DNA of 64,000 bases, taken from positions 96,001 through 160,000 of IMG/VR virus record IMGVR_UViG_3300028840_003271; one strand, written 5' to 3'. A model generated the notes under the pieces. The model was not told the origin of the DNA. It worked only from the letters and a program-made list of their open reading frames with translations, and made no database searches. Positions 38,738-47,886 of the stretch are shown here, one piece after another. The first letter of the stretch is position 1; each line of letters opens with the position of its first letter. Made by a program: the position numbers and the translations under genes. This DNA comes from a virus.

Positions 38738-39462
38738 ATTATTGTTCTTGCAAATGTTAAATCCTTAGACGAATCTATATCTGTTACTTTGAGTAAATAT
38801 GGAGATAGGGTTTTAAGTTTACCACCCATATTTAGAATTTCGTTAAAACTTTCAAATAGAAAATAATTGTAATATTGTTCATTCCAACATATTTTTTTAC
38901 AAAGTTCTAATTCTTTACCTGTTAAAATAGCAACCTGAGCCCATTTTTTAGGTAGTGTATAATCAAATCTTTCTACAAACTGATTAACTGTAGTACATCC
39001 AACTTCTTTAGATTTCATAGTAAAATTTGTATCTAATACCACACTTGAAGTTTGTAAATGTGATAATTTTAAAGAGGAAAAAATATATTTATTGAATACC
39101 AAATCACCATGTAAAACTATTACTGTTGGAGTGTGAATTGCTCGTAAAGCCATTCCAAGACTTCGTGTTGCGTTTGTGTTTGAGTGATTTTCGTTTTCAA
39201 TTTTAACTATAGAGTCGGGTGTGGAATTCATTACTTTATTAGCTGATGAACCTACAACAAGAACAATTGATTCTAAACAAGATTGTGGTAAATGTTTTAT
39301 AATTGAAAGTTGATGATCTAAAATTGTTTTTTTGTGATTAAGTTTTAATAATGATGTTGGACCATACGATTTCATATATAAGTGGGTGCCGGCTGCTAAA
39401 ATTATTACCGAGTATGAAAACGGTTTTGTTATACCAATGTTTCTTTTAGCTGGATGACTCAT
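38734..39462 (-). CDS. Sugar/choline-phosphate nucleotidyltransferase-like (NTP_transferase)
   Basis: 'VIILAAG....MKSYGP.SLL', 'VLHGDLVFN', 'DIDSSKDL'. Confidence 0.75.
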   Translation of the reverse strand: MSHPAKRNIGITKPFSYSVIILAAGTHLYMKSYGPTSLLKLNHKKTILDHQLSIIKHLPQSCLESIVLVVGSSANKVMNSTPDSIVKIENENHSNTNATRSLGMALRAIHTPTVIVLHGDLVFNKYIFSSLKLSHLQTSSVVLDTNFTMKSKEVGCTTVNQFVERFDYTLPKKWAQVAILTGKELELCKKICWNEQYYNYFLFESFNEILNMGGKLKTLSPYLLKVTDIDSSKDLTFARTII

Positions 39463-39991
39463 ATGTTTTTAAAATATATTGTAGTTCTGTTTGTAAACGA
39501 CTTGAGTCTTGTTGAATCGATTGTATCTCAAATAGTGGTTCAGCAATATGCCAACTTAAATGACGGCGGTTGAGTTGACACAAGTAATCATAGTTATATA
39601 AATATTGTAACTGTTCATTAAATTGAAGATTAACTTGTGAATTAATAAATAGTGGTATATTCATAATGTGTTTTTTACATATTTCATAATTCCACGACGA
39701 AAAATGTGTTGAATTATCATCTATAATACAATCAGCATAAACACAACAAACTCCAGGATATTGAATAAATATATTTTCAATTTTGGTTAGAGCGTTGTCG
39801 TCAATAATTTGTGTTTGCGACGGTAAATATCCATAAATATCACCATCGTCCTTTTCTTTTCTTTTCTCATTAAATATTTTTGGTGGACATTCTTCCAAAG
39901 AATATGGTTCTGTCCACACATTAGTGTAGTTTATTGAACTTGATATTGGTTCTGTTGAAAATATAATTATTCGCTTGGAAAGTTCGGACAT
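39446..39991 (-). CDS. Degenerate GT-A (family 2-like) protein
   Basis: 'GDIYGYL', 'CVYAD', 'FNEQL..LYNYDY', 'HIAEPLF'. Confidence 0.45.
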   Translation of the reverse strand: MSELSKRIIIFSTEPISSSINYTNVWTEPYSLEECPPKIFNEKRKEKDDGDIYGYLPSQTQIIDDNALTKIENIFIQYPGVCCVYADCIIDDNSTHFSSWNYEICKKHIMNIPLFINSQVNLQFNEQLQYLYNYDYLCQLNRRHLSWHIAEPLFEIQSIQQDSSRLQTELQYILKTYESSS

Positions 39992-40530
39992 ATGTCTGTT
40001 ATTTTGTGTATTGGTACGTGTTTTTTAATTTTACTATAAAGCGTATTTTCAGAATTTCCAGAATAGATTTTATGTAATACATAATTTACAACTAATCCAT
40101 TTTGAGTAGCGTTTGGTAAACAGTATAAAATTGGATCTTTTTTATCGTTTTCATCTTTTATAGAGATATTGTGTTGAAATATTTTATCTGCTTCAGTAAA
40201 AAATTGTTGAAAAGTATCTTTAGGAACAATAAAATTAGACCAAAAAACTGAATAATATGGATAAGTTACAATATCTATTGTCATATCAATTGCTGCTTCG
40301 TGTGACACTTCTGGATTAACTAAATTTTCCACTCTCCATGGAATTTGTAATGTTTTGATAAAATCTACCAGTGTAGATGGTTTAATTCGTCCACGATATG
40401 GATTTATAATTGTAATATGTGATGGTAGATGTGTTTGCTGTAATAATGACATTACCGTTTTTTTTGTTGCTGTAAAAGAAAACATGTCAGCAAAAACAAT
40501 CGCTTGATATTCGTAATCTTGATAACTCAT
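39967..40530 (-). CDS. Degenerate GT-A-like protein
   Basis: 'TVMSLLQQTHLPSHITII' GT2-like N-terminus. Confidence 0.4.
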   Translation of the reverse strand: MSYQDYEYQAIVFADMFSFTATKKTVMSLLQQTHLPSHITIINPYRGRIKPSTLVDFIKTLQIPWRVENLVNPEVSHEAAIDMTIDIVTYPYYSVFWSNFIVPKDTFQQFFTEADKIFQHNISIKDENDKKDPILYCLPNATQNGLVVNYVLHKIYSGNSENTLYSKIKKHVPIHKITDICPNFPSE

Positions 40531-40545
40531 ATTTTTTCTCCAAAA

Positions 40546-40977
40546 TTAATTTAGTTGTGGTTTTGGTCTCATTGCTCGTATTGAATACTTATGTTGCATG
40601 AGACGGTTAGAAATGATTGATAAACCAAATTGTTGAAGTTGTGTTTTAGCAGTTTGAAAATCTACACAATTTGTACGACCATAAAAAAGTAAAGTAGACA
40701 CATCTTCTAAATTTAATTCTCCACGAACAATAGCATATGCTGTATCAATATAATCGGTTCCTTCAACAATAATATGTCCTCCATATCTTAATTTAGAAAT
40801 CGCAACTTGTAAAACTTGAAAACGGTTTATCAAAAAGTCACAACAATTACCTAGATGTAAAAGCATACAGCTTGATGGTTCTAAATCATTTAATCTTTCT
40901 GGTGGAACCATTTCACAATCTTCAAATTGTGCTGTCATGTTTGAGTGTTGTGGAATAACAATTTGTATTTTATTCAT
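40546..40977 (-). CDS. SAM-methyltransferase-like fragment
   Basis: 'SKLRYGGHIIVEGTD' resembles the class I MTase 'LKPGG.l' motif; no clear SAM-binding GxG. Confidence 0.4.
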   Translation of the reverse strand: MNKIQIVIPQHSNMTAQFEDCEMVPPERLNDLEPSSCMLLHLGNCCDFLINRFQVLQVAISKLRYGGHIIVEGTDYIDTAYAIVRGELNLEDVSTLLFYGRTNCVDFQTAKTQLQQFGLSIISNRLMQHKYSIRAMRPKPQLN

Positions 40978-40979
40978 AT

Positions 40980-41891
40980 TTATCTCGTATAAACATAGTT
41001 ATAAATTGAGTTAAAAATTTCATTCCATTTTTCTAAATTAGATATTGGAAAAGTTTCAGTAATATATTGTTGATTATCAATTGGTTGTAAATTGTCTATT
41101 CTTTTAAGTAGTAATATGAGTTCGTTTTGACTAGTAAATGAATAATAACGTTTCTCAGGTAATAATGGAGTTTCGTGATGTAATGGAGTACATCCAAAAG
41201 TCATAGCATATATTGTTGGTAATATCGTATCTTTATTTAAATTGAGATAAAATTTACTTTCTTTTAGAGTATTAAGATAATCTTCTTGTGTATGGTTTTC
41301 CAAGGTGTTAATAACTTTAACTGGTAATTTGCTATATTCTGATATGAGAATTAAATCTTCTTTATTTTCTAACTTACCATATACTAAAATTTGGTCTTTT
41401 TTTGGATAGGATTTTTGTAGAGGAAAAAAATAATCAGCAAGAGTATAGTTTACTTTCCAAGTTTGGTTGACCGTTTTTGATGTAGCAACGTAAAAATGTG
41501 CTTTTTTTTCTCGTTCTAATAAGAAAAGGTCTTCTGTTTTTACTACGTCTGGTGGTGGTAAATGTTCAATTAGTATGAGTGGTATATGTAAGTTGTGTGC
41601 TAATATTATTGCTTTATCATAGTTTTTTAGTTTACCTTGGCAGACCACAACATCATAATCTATCATTAAAGATAGACTGTTATGTGCTACTAAAGTATAG
41701 AAGTTTTCTGGTGGTGGTGATGTATTGGTGTCCCATGGAACACACTCTATGTCGTGAGCACCGTAAAATTTGTGTGGTAAGTTTGGTAATAATAAAGTTT
41801 CAAAAAAACCATCATATGGAAACCAAAGAATATTAAGTGGTTCGTTAGTACGGGTTGCTGAACGAATTATGTTATTTATTGGAATAGACAT
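40980..41891 (-). CDS. Glycosyltransferase (GT-B, family 4-like, divergent)
   Basis: 'YDVVVCQ', 'IPLILIEH', 'LKESKFYLN', 'YAMTFGCTP'. Confidence 0.55.
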   Translation of the reverse strand: MSIPINNIIRSATRTNEPLNILWFPYDGFFETLLLPNLPHKFYGAHDIECVPWDTNTSPPPENFYTLVAHNSLSLMIDYDVVVCQGKLKNYDKAIILAHNLHIPLILIEHLPPPDVVKTEDLFLLEREKKAHFYVATSKTVNQTWKVNYTLADYFFPLQKSYPKKDQILVYGKLENKEDLILISEYSKLPVKVINTLENHTQEDYLNTLKESKFYLNLNKDTILPTIYAMTFGCTPLHHETPLLPEKRYYSFTSQNELILLLKRIDNLQPIDNQQYITETFPISNLEKWNEIFNSIYNYVYTR

Positions 41892-41893
41892 TT

Positions 41894-42118
41894 TTATTTT
41901 TCAACCACTTTTAATGGTGCTGGAGCCATAATATCTATTTTTAATATTTGGTCTCGTGTTTTGTTTAATACGGGTTTATTATTTTCGTCAAGTCGAAATT
42001 TAACTATATGTCCTGTTTTAGTATCACACTCAATAACATAAAAATGTTCTTTATCTTCAGCATCAAAAATACGCATTGGTTTATTAGTTCTTGCTATATC
42101 ATCAACGGTATATATCAT
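41894..42118 (-). CDS. Hypothetical protein
   Basis: 74 aa, coupled to neighbours. Confidence 0.5.
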   Translation of the reverse strand: MIYTVDDIARTNKPMRIFDAEDKEHFYVIECDTKTGHIVKFRLDENNKPVLNKTRDQILKIDIMAPAPLKVVEK

Positions 42119-42369
42119 TTTATATCTTCTGGATCTTTATTATAAGTTGGGCTTTCAATATTGGGATTATCCATAGCATCAATAAGTGCTAAACGAATAT
42201 CATCAAATCCAGTACGATTAAAATTCTGAATTTCTCCTAATGATGTTTCGTGAAATCTCCATCCACGACCAGTAACAGAATATCTAAACATACATAGGCC
42301 GGTATAGGACTTTTTATTGTTTTGTTCTTGTATCCAATCTAAAATTTCTGTGTCGGTATATTTATACAT
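42115..42369 (-). CDS. Hypothetical protein
   Basis: 84 aa; 'TDTEILDWI...DIRLALIDAM'. Confidence 0.5.
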   Translation of the reverse strand: MYKYTDTEILDWIQEQNNKKSYTGLCMFRYSVTGRGWRFHETSLGEIQNFNRTGFDDIRLALIDAMDNPNIESPTYNKDPEDIK

Positions 42370-42378
42370 TTTTCTTCT

Positions 42379-42918
42379 CTATAAATAATCTTTTCGAATT
42401 TTTTCTACATCTAATGTTTTTAGATTATTATTAATACGATGAATGGCATGACGTAATCCTATATTGTCATTTTGAGTTCGTGCTAAACACACTTCTAAAG
42501 GAGTTGGTATAATTATATATTGAGCGTTTCTATCAATTTCAAAAATACGACGAATACTCCATTCTGTAGAATTTGTTTCGTCAAATAAGATACGATATTT
42601 ACGATTATAAAACGTTCGTAGTGTCGTTAAAATTGCCATTGATACAGCACATTCTCCATTACCACCCTGAACATCACAACCATCTTTATAAGGCTCTGGT
42701 CCATATACAGCTTGACGAAACTCATCACCACATATTACTATATCTTTAGGTTTTTTTTCCCAAAAGTTTGCGAAGGTAGTTTTGCCACTACGGGGCAGAC
42801 CGATTGTAAAAAATAAACCAAATTCCTTTACAAAATCATTCCACCTATTTGAATATATATTTGTTTTATGTGTGTTGTTTGTGTTATAATGTTGGAGTAT
42901 TAATTCATGAATAGTCAT
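42379..42918 (-). CDS. P-loop kinase (polynucleotide-kinase/AAA_33-like)
   Basis: 'GLPRSGKTT', 'ICGDEFR', 'FDETN', 'TPLEVCLAR'. Confidence 0.75.
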   Translation of the reverse strand: MTIHELILQHYNTNNTHKTNIYSNRWNDFVKEFGLFFTIGLPRSGKTTFANFWEKKPKDIVICGDEFRQAVYGPEPYKDGCDVQGGNGECAVSMAILTTLRTFYNRKYRILFDETNSTEWSIRRIFEIDRNAQYIIIPTPLEVCLARTQNDNIGLRHAIHRINNNLKTLDVEKIRKDYL

Positions 42919-44054
42919 TGTGTTTTCTCTAAAAATTCATTAAATTGTTGTCCTATTTTTTCATAAGAAAATTGTTTTACATGAGATTGATTAATTTGAG
43001 AGGTTTTTATTTTTGTAAGCTCGTCTTGCTCATAAATCTGTCTCATAGCTTTTTGTAGTTCTAAAATAGAAATGGATTGCCAAGTTTCTCGTGCTGTATA
43101 TAAATAAGGTAGTGGTCGGTTATTAGTAACTACTGGTGTTTCAGTGCTTGGTATTATTTTATTAATTGGGTTAATGTAATCTACCATACCCGTATTCTGT
43201 GTTACTATTACAGAATTACCAAATCCAGCAGCATCTAACATTGGACGACAGCACGCTTCTCCATGAGAAGGCATAACAAAACAATCGCAAATTTGGTGTA
43301 AAGCACATAATTTATCTTGTGGTAAATGTTCGGTTATAATCCATTCTTTAATATATTGGTCGGTGTTTTGATAAATACCTAAATTTTTCTTAAATTGTAA
43401 AATTTCATTATCTAATTTATCTAAAAGTTGTTGAGGATGTAATCCGGCTTGACTCGTTTTGATAAGTAGACCAACCGGTTCATTAAGTGAAAATTCACGA
43501 TGAAATGCTGTTAAAAGTGCTTTTAGGTTTTTACGAGGTACATGTTCTCCTACAAAATAAAACAAAAATAGATTGTGTAATCCATGCTCCTTCCAAGGTG
43601 CTAAATTATATTCTTGTTCGTATTTTTGAATATCTATTGCTTCATGTATTACTGATATTGGAGTTGTTACATCACTTTTTTCCAAATTGAGTTTATCCTG
43701 ATGAGAAGGAGAAATAATATATTCCATTTGGTTAAGATGGTATGGCCAACTTGTGTGTTGTAAATAAGCAGTTTCAGCAATACCAAAACCAACATATTTT
43801 GAATTTGTGTCATTAGGAAATTCTAATAAATTTGGAAGAACTTTTTGTATTATTACGTCATAGTGTGATGATTTATTTTGTTCTGCTAATACAATTTGTG
43901 GAGGAATGTTTTCATTTTTTTCAATACTTGTTGACATATAGATGGGTCGTAATGTGATATTATGTTTGGTGGTGAGTAAAGATAAAGCATAAGCACGAGC
44001 AGCCTCACCCCACCCATCAGCAGAACGATAATTACCTATAAATAGAATGTTCAT
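42915..44054 (-). CDS. Glycosyltransferase family 4 (GT-B)
   Basis: 'GWGEAARAY', 'RKNLKALL.AF', 'CDCFVMPSHGEA...PMLDAA.FG'. Confidence 0.85.
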   Translation of the reverse strand: MNILFIGNYRSADGWGEAARAYALSLLTTKHNITLRPIYMSTSIEKNENIPPQIVLAEQNKSSHYDVIIQKVLPNLLEFPNDTNSKYVGFGIAETAYLQHTSWPYHLNQMEYIISPSHQDKLNLEKSDVTTPISVIHEAIDIQKYEQEYNLAPWKEHGLHNLFLFYFVGEHVPRKNLKALLTAFHREFSLNEPVGLLIKTSQAGLHPQQLLDKLDNEILQFKKNLGIYQNTDQYIKEWIITEHLPQDKLCALHQICDCFVMPSHGEACCRPMLDAAGFGNSVIVTQNTGMVDYINPINKIIPSTETPVVTNNRPLPYLYTARETWQSISILELQKAMRQIYEQDELTKIKTSQINQSHVKQFSYEKIGQQFNEFLEKTQ

Positions 44055-46909
44055 TTGTTAAGTTGCTCTTTCATATGAGCATATTCAATAAAGTCTTCTT
44101 GAGGTAACGAAATGTGACCACAACGAATTTTTTCAGCAATATTATGTTCTTTTACTCTATTAAGAATAGATTTAAAAATCATCTCACGATTAATCGATTT
44201 TGGTTTACTACCACCAGTTGAAGCTCCATAGTTTAAGTCGCGTAAAACAGATAATGTGGAATATGTATTAAGTTTTTCTGGTTGACCAAGCAGGTCTCGA
44301 AACAACCAGTTTATAAATTTAACATTGCTCAATCCAGACGGAATTGATGATGGTTCTGGACGAAAATTTGGAGGAGCAGTGTTCCATTTTCCTTGTAAAC
44401 CTGTGAGTTCTACACTGTCAAAATATTCAGACCAAATACGAGCATTTTTATCCCAATTATATTCTTTTTCAGCACCTTGCCTTGCTCGTTTTTTGTTTTT
44501 CTCTCTAAATTGTTCGTCTTTAGTGAAATATTTGTAAAGCTGTTTTGCTAAATAATCATTACTTGGTAGTGCTCGAAGAGAGCGAGTATCGTGTTCGTGA
44601 AATATTCTTTCTACTTTCAAAGGAATACCATAGGTGTTTCGTACTACATCAGATATTGCTGTAAAATCTGTACCCATTATTGGTATGCCTGATGCTGCTG
44701 CTTCTAACATTGGAATGCCAATTCCCTCACACTGGGGGGTTACACCTATTTTTGTAGTCATAGTATGATCATCTTGAACTTCAATATTCCATACGCCGTC
44801 TTGATAATCAATTTCTTCAATATTTTTAATTTGTAAAAGATGATAGTTGTCAATATAAACATTTCTACTATTTGATCGTTGTGTATCAAATTCTCCACTA
44901 GCAATATTTCCACGAATTTCAAATCGATATTGTTTTTGTCTATTGTAGTTGTCATAATTTGTATATTTGTCTCTTTTTGAAATAGATATATTATAATTAA
45001 TTCGCAAACGACGCAAAATATATTTAATTTGTATTGCTAATTGTTCGGAAATTGTTGAAAAACTTGATATATTTCTTTGTTTGTAATAACAACCATCACC
45101 CATAAATAAACCAATTAAAATATTTTTTTGTTTTTCTAATGGTAGATTTAATATCCAGCATGGAAACTGTTTTTCTTTTTTCTTTTTGCACATAGATAGA
45201 AATGCATGTTGGTGTAATTTTGAATGAAACATAACATCTATTGCTTTTCTAGATGGATATTTTCTCAATGTTGAATTACCAAATCTATTAAAAATATTAT
45301 TTGCTAATGTAATGTTTTCTTTTTCATTTTTATGACATGTAATTTTCATACCACCCGACATAGTTGCATTACCATCAGCAACATACAATCCTAAAAATTT
45401 ACAAAAATCGTTATCAATTTTAATATATCGTGGATATGTATTACCATATTTTAATTTTATTATATTGGATTCAATGGTATCTGTATTTTTACTATATTCT
45501 TTTAAGTCTAAATATTTTTTATCTTCAACCGTGTTGTCAATTGGATAAATTAATATATCACCAATCCGTAGTTGTGATAACGGTTGTATGTTTTTATTAC
45601 ACAACAATTTAATATAATGTAATTTATTGTTTCTTAAGTCGTTTCCAATTTTTTCTCTTAAGGACCTGTTGCCTTTTGGAAAATCTTTTTGTTGTATACA
45701 ATAAAATTTGTGATTATTAGTAGCAACTAATGTTTCATAGTCTGAATGTATGCTTATTTTTTTAATTGGTTGTTTACTACTGTGAGGAAGATTTTTCCAT
45801 ATATTTATTATTGGTTTCCATTGATGTTTGTGTGTAAATACTAGATCCCCCAATTTAAGTTGTGGGATAGATTTCCATCCTTGTTTAGTTAAAATACATT
45901 CATCTTTACCTAAACAGGTGGCATATTGAACATAAACATCAAATAATTGATAAACTTCTGCTAATTGTTCTCGTATAAATCCTTCTCCAACACTTGGTAA
46001 AACACTAGCAACAGAGTTACAAAATGGACAAACCGTTCGAGCGTCTTGAAAAAACGAACAATATGCTTTTTTACATGCTCGACAAACATAACTAAATATT
46101 ACCTTGTATCCAAGTTCTGTTTCGTTTAGGAGTTGTGGAAGATGCCATCCCAAATCTGGAAAACTGGTATGGATATATAAATAACTTTTTTGAGCAAGTT
46201 CGTCTTTACCATTATCTTTACAGATTTGTAAATATTGACGAAAAGCGTGTAAAAGGTCTGGATATAATTTTCTCTTTTGGTTTCTCATAACCGTACCAAT
46301 AATAAACAAATCGTCTCCCAAATTCCATTTTGCTCGATGTTTTTTAAGATTTTTTGTGGGAGAAAAAAGATTGAGGTCAACTCCAAGTGGATTAGGTTTA
46401 TAAAGTTTAATTTTTCCTCCACCCTCTTTTTTTAAACAATCGAAACTCCAGTCTGTATAAGACAATACTCCGTCTGCGTGTAATAGAGTGTCTATCCACT
46501 CGTTTCTATATGGAGTACTATCATAAGTTGGTTGTTCTACCCAATGAAAAAATCTTCTTAAAGGAGAATCGTTGATGTAAAAATCCATCCAAGGGTCTCT
46601 TGTCGCAATGCATATATCTGGACAAAAGTCCAGTAATACTTTATTTAATCTCCAAAGTCCAAATTGATTAGTAGTGTTTGAATTATATTGTTTATATCGT
46701 GGATGGTTGTCGTGAACAGCATTAGCATAAAATCTCCATTTTACATTACGGTCTCGTGGATCGTTTGTATAGCCATAAGTAGCAAATTCAGCAATGTCAT
46801 ACTTATCCATAGCATGAATACGTTTGATTAATTCATTAGCGTAAACTCCAAAACCAGAATTTGTATAACTAGCTTCAGTTACAAAAAGAATCTTTTTTCT
46901 TGTTTGCAC
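44051..46909 (-). CDS. Glycosyltransferase family 4 with Zn ribbon, interrupted by an intein
   Basis: 'SGFGVYA', 'GVD...F.P', 'RNQKRK', CRAC...CPFC, 'DVYVQYAT|intein|CEGIGIPMLEAAASG'. Confidence 0.85.
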   Translation of the reverse strand: MQTRKKILFVTEASYTNSGFGVYANELIKRIHAMDKYDIAEFATYGYTNDPRDRNVKWRFYANAVHDNHPRYKQYNSNTTNQFGLWRLNKVLLDFCPDICIATRDPWMDFYINDSPLRRFFHWVEQPTYDSTPYRNEWIDTLLHADGVLSYTDWSFDCLKKEGGGKIKLYKPNPLGVDLNLFSPTKNLKKHRAKWNLGDDLFIIGTVMRNQKRKLYPDLLHAFRQYLQICKDNGKDELAQKSYLYIHTSFPDLGWHLPQLLNETELGYKVIFSYVCRACKKAYCSFFQDARTVCPFCNSVASVLPSVGEGFIREQLAEVYQLFDVYVQYATCLGKDECILTKQGWKSIPQLKLGDLVFTHKHQWKPIINIWKNLPHSSKQPIKKISIHSDYETLVATNNHKFYCIQQKDFPKGNRSLREKIGNDLRNNKLHYIKLLCNKNIQPLSQLRIGDILIYPIDNTVEDKKYLDLKEYSKNTDTIESNIIKLKYGNTYPRYIKIDNDFCKFLGLYVADGNATMSGGMKITCHKNEKENITLANNIFNRFGNSTLRKYPSRKAIDVMFHSKLHQHAFLSMCKKKKEKQFPCWILNLPLEKQKNILIGLFMGDGCYYKQRNISSFSTISEQLAIQIKYILRRLRINYNISISKRDKYTNYDNYNRQKQYRFEIRGNIASGEFDTQRSNSRNVYIDNYHLLQIKNIEEIDYQDGVWNIEVQDDHTMTTKIGVTPQCEGIGIPMLEAAASGIPIMGTDFTAISDVVRNTYGIPLKVERIFHEHDTRSLRALPSNDYLAKQLYKYFTKDEQFREKNKKRARQGAEKEYNWDKNARIWSEYFDSVELTGLQGKWNTAPPNFRPEPSSIPSGLSNVKFINWLFRDLLGQPEKLNTYSTLSVLRDLNYGASTGGSKPKSINREMIFKSILNRVKEHNIAEKIRCGHISLPQEDFIEYAHMKEQLNK
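44732..45916 (-). mobile_element. Intein (395 aa) with LAGLIDADG homing endonuclease and C-terminal Gln
   Basis: Starts CLGKDECILTKQGWKSI; 'ATNNHKFY' block B; 'FLGLYVADG' and 'LIGLFMGDG'; ends 'VWNIEVQDDHTMTTKIGVTPQ' before Cys+1. Confidence 0.85.
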
Positions 46910-47369
46910 GATTTACCTTTTTTATCAAGTTGTGGTAAATTTTATTTGACCATCCACGATTTTTATGAAATTTACGATCAATATCACGATAGGAATAATT
47001 TTGTAATTTTAAAGATATGATTTGTTTTTCAAGTTTTGTAAGGTTGTTTGGAAAGTATTCCCAAATATTATGATGTCGAGAAGATTCTGGTTCTTTTACC
47101 AAATTGTTCATATTGTCTCGATATTTTTTTTCTGAGTTCAAATATTTAATTATTGACCAGCGAATATGAAAATATATCCAACTAGATAAGGCAGTATTAC
47201 GGTTTGGATTATAACTTAATACCGCTTCCCACAATCCTAAACAACCACATGAAAAATACTCATCAAATTCTGTATTATTATGAGGAGAAAAAGATTTAAC
47301 AATTTTTGTGACTAGATAAAAATATGAACTTACTAACTCATTATAATTACTAGTCTTGGTTTGGATTAT
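46875..47369 (-). CDS. Phage sigma-70-family factor (regions 2 and 4); start codon uncertain
   Basis: Frame open from 47387: 'ELVSSYFYLVTKIVKSF...FDEYFSCGCLGLWEAVLSYNP...LSSWIYFHIRWSI' and 'LTKLEKQIISLK..NYSYRDI'. First ATG/GTG/TTG is TTG at 47234, inside region 2. Confidence 0.7.
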   Translation of the reverse strand: MIQTKTSNYNELVSSYFYLVTKIVKSFSPHNNTEFDEYFSCGCLGLWEAVLSYNPNRNTALSSWIYFHIRWSIIKYLNSEKKYRDNMNNLVKEPESSRHHNIWEYFPNNLTKLEKQIISLKLQNYSYRDIDRKFHKNRGWSNKIYHNLIKKVNRANKKKDSFCN

Positions 47370-47706
47370 CGTTACGATTACGTCCCATCATTTGAAAATG
47401 TGTAACTCGCACTAACATACGAGATCGTTTTTGACCATCATCAGTTTCCCAACGATGTTCTTTTAACATACCTTCTACAAGTAATGGAGAACCTTTGCTA
47501 AGGTATTTAGTAGCAGTTTCAGCAGCAGTGTCCCACATTTCTAAGGGCACAAAACAAGTTTCTTTAGATGTAGAACCATCAGATTTTTTAAAACTTCGTC
47601 CAACGGCAAGTACAAGATTGCATACGGTTACGTCTCGACCTTTAGCATTTACGACTTTGGTTTCAGGATCTCGTGCTAAATTACCATAAAGAATAACTTT
47701 ATTCAT
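47350..47706 (-). CDS. ssb: Single-stranded DNA-binding protein
   Basis: 'MNKVILYGNLARDPE', 'YLSKGSPLLVEG.L...WETDDGQKRS'; SD GGAG; lacks the acidic DDDIPF tip. Confidence 0.9.
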   Translation of the reverse strand: MNKVILYGNLARDPETKVVNAKGRDVTVCNLVLAVGRSFKKSDGSTSKETCFVPLEMWDTAAETATKYLSKGSPLLVEGMLKEHRWETDDGQKRSRMLVRVTHFQMMGRNRNDNPNQD

Positions 47707-47825
47707 TTAATAATCTCCAATAATAAGTTAAGTGTGTAAGTAAAAAAATGGATATGTATTTGTTTATTTTAACGTTACTTCCCAGTGCGTTATGAATGGT
47801 ATAAACAAAACCACGTTCCTCTATT

Positions 47826-47836
47826 ATTATAGTACC
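47826..47836 (-). promoter_or_regulatory. Putative -10 element (GGTACTATAAT) for the ssb-sigma-GT operon
   Basis: Perfect TATAAT in the 180-bp intergenic gap; no clear -35. Confidence 0.4.
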
Positions 47837-47886
47837 AAGTTTTGAGCAAAAGTGAAGTAACAAAATGAAAATTTTACGAAAATTTC

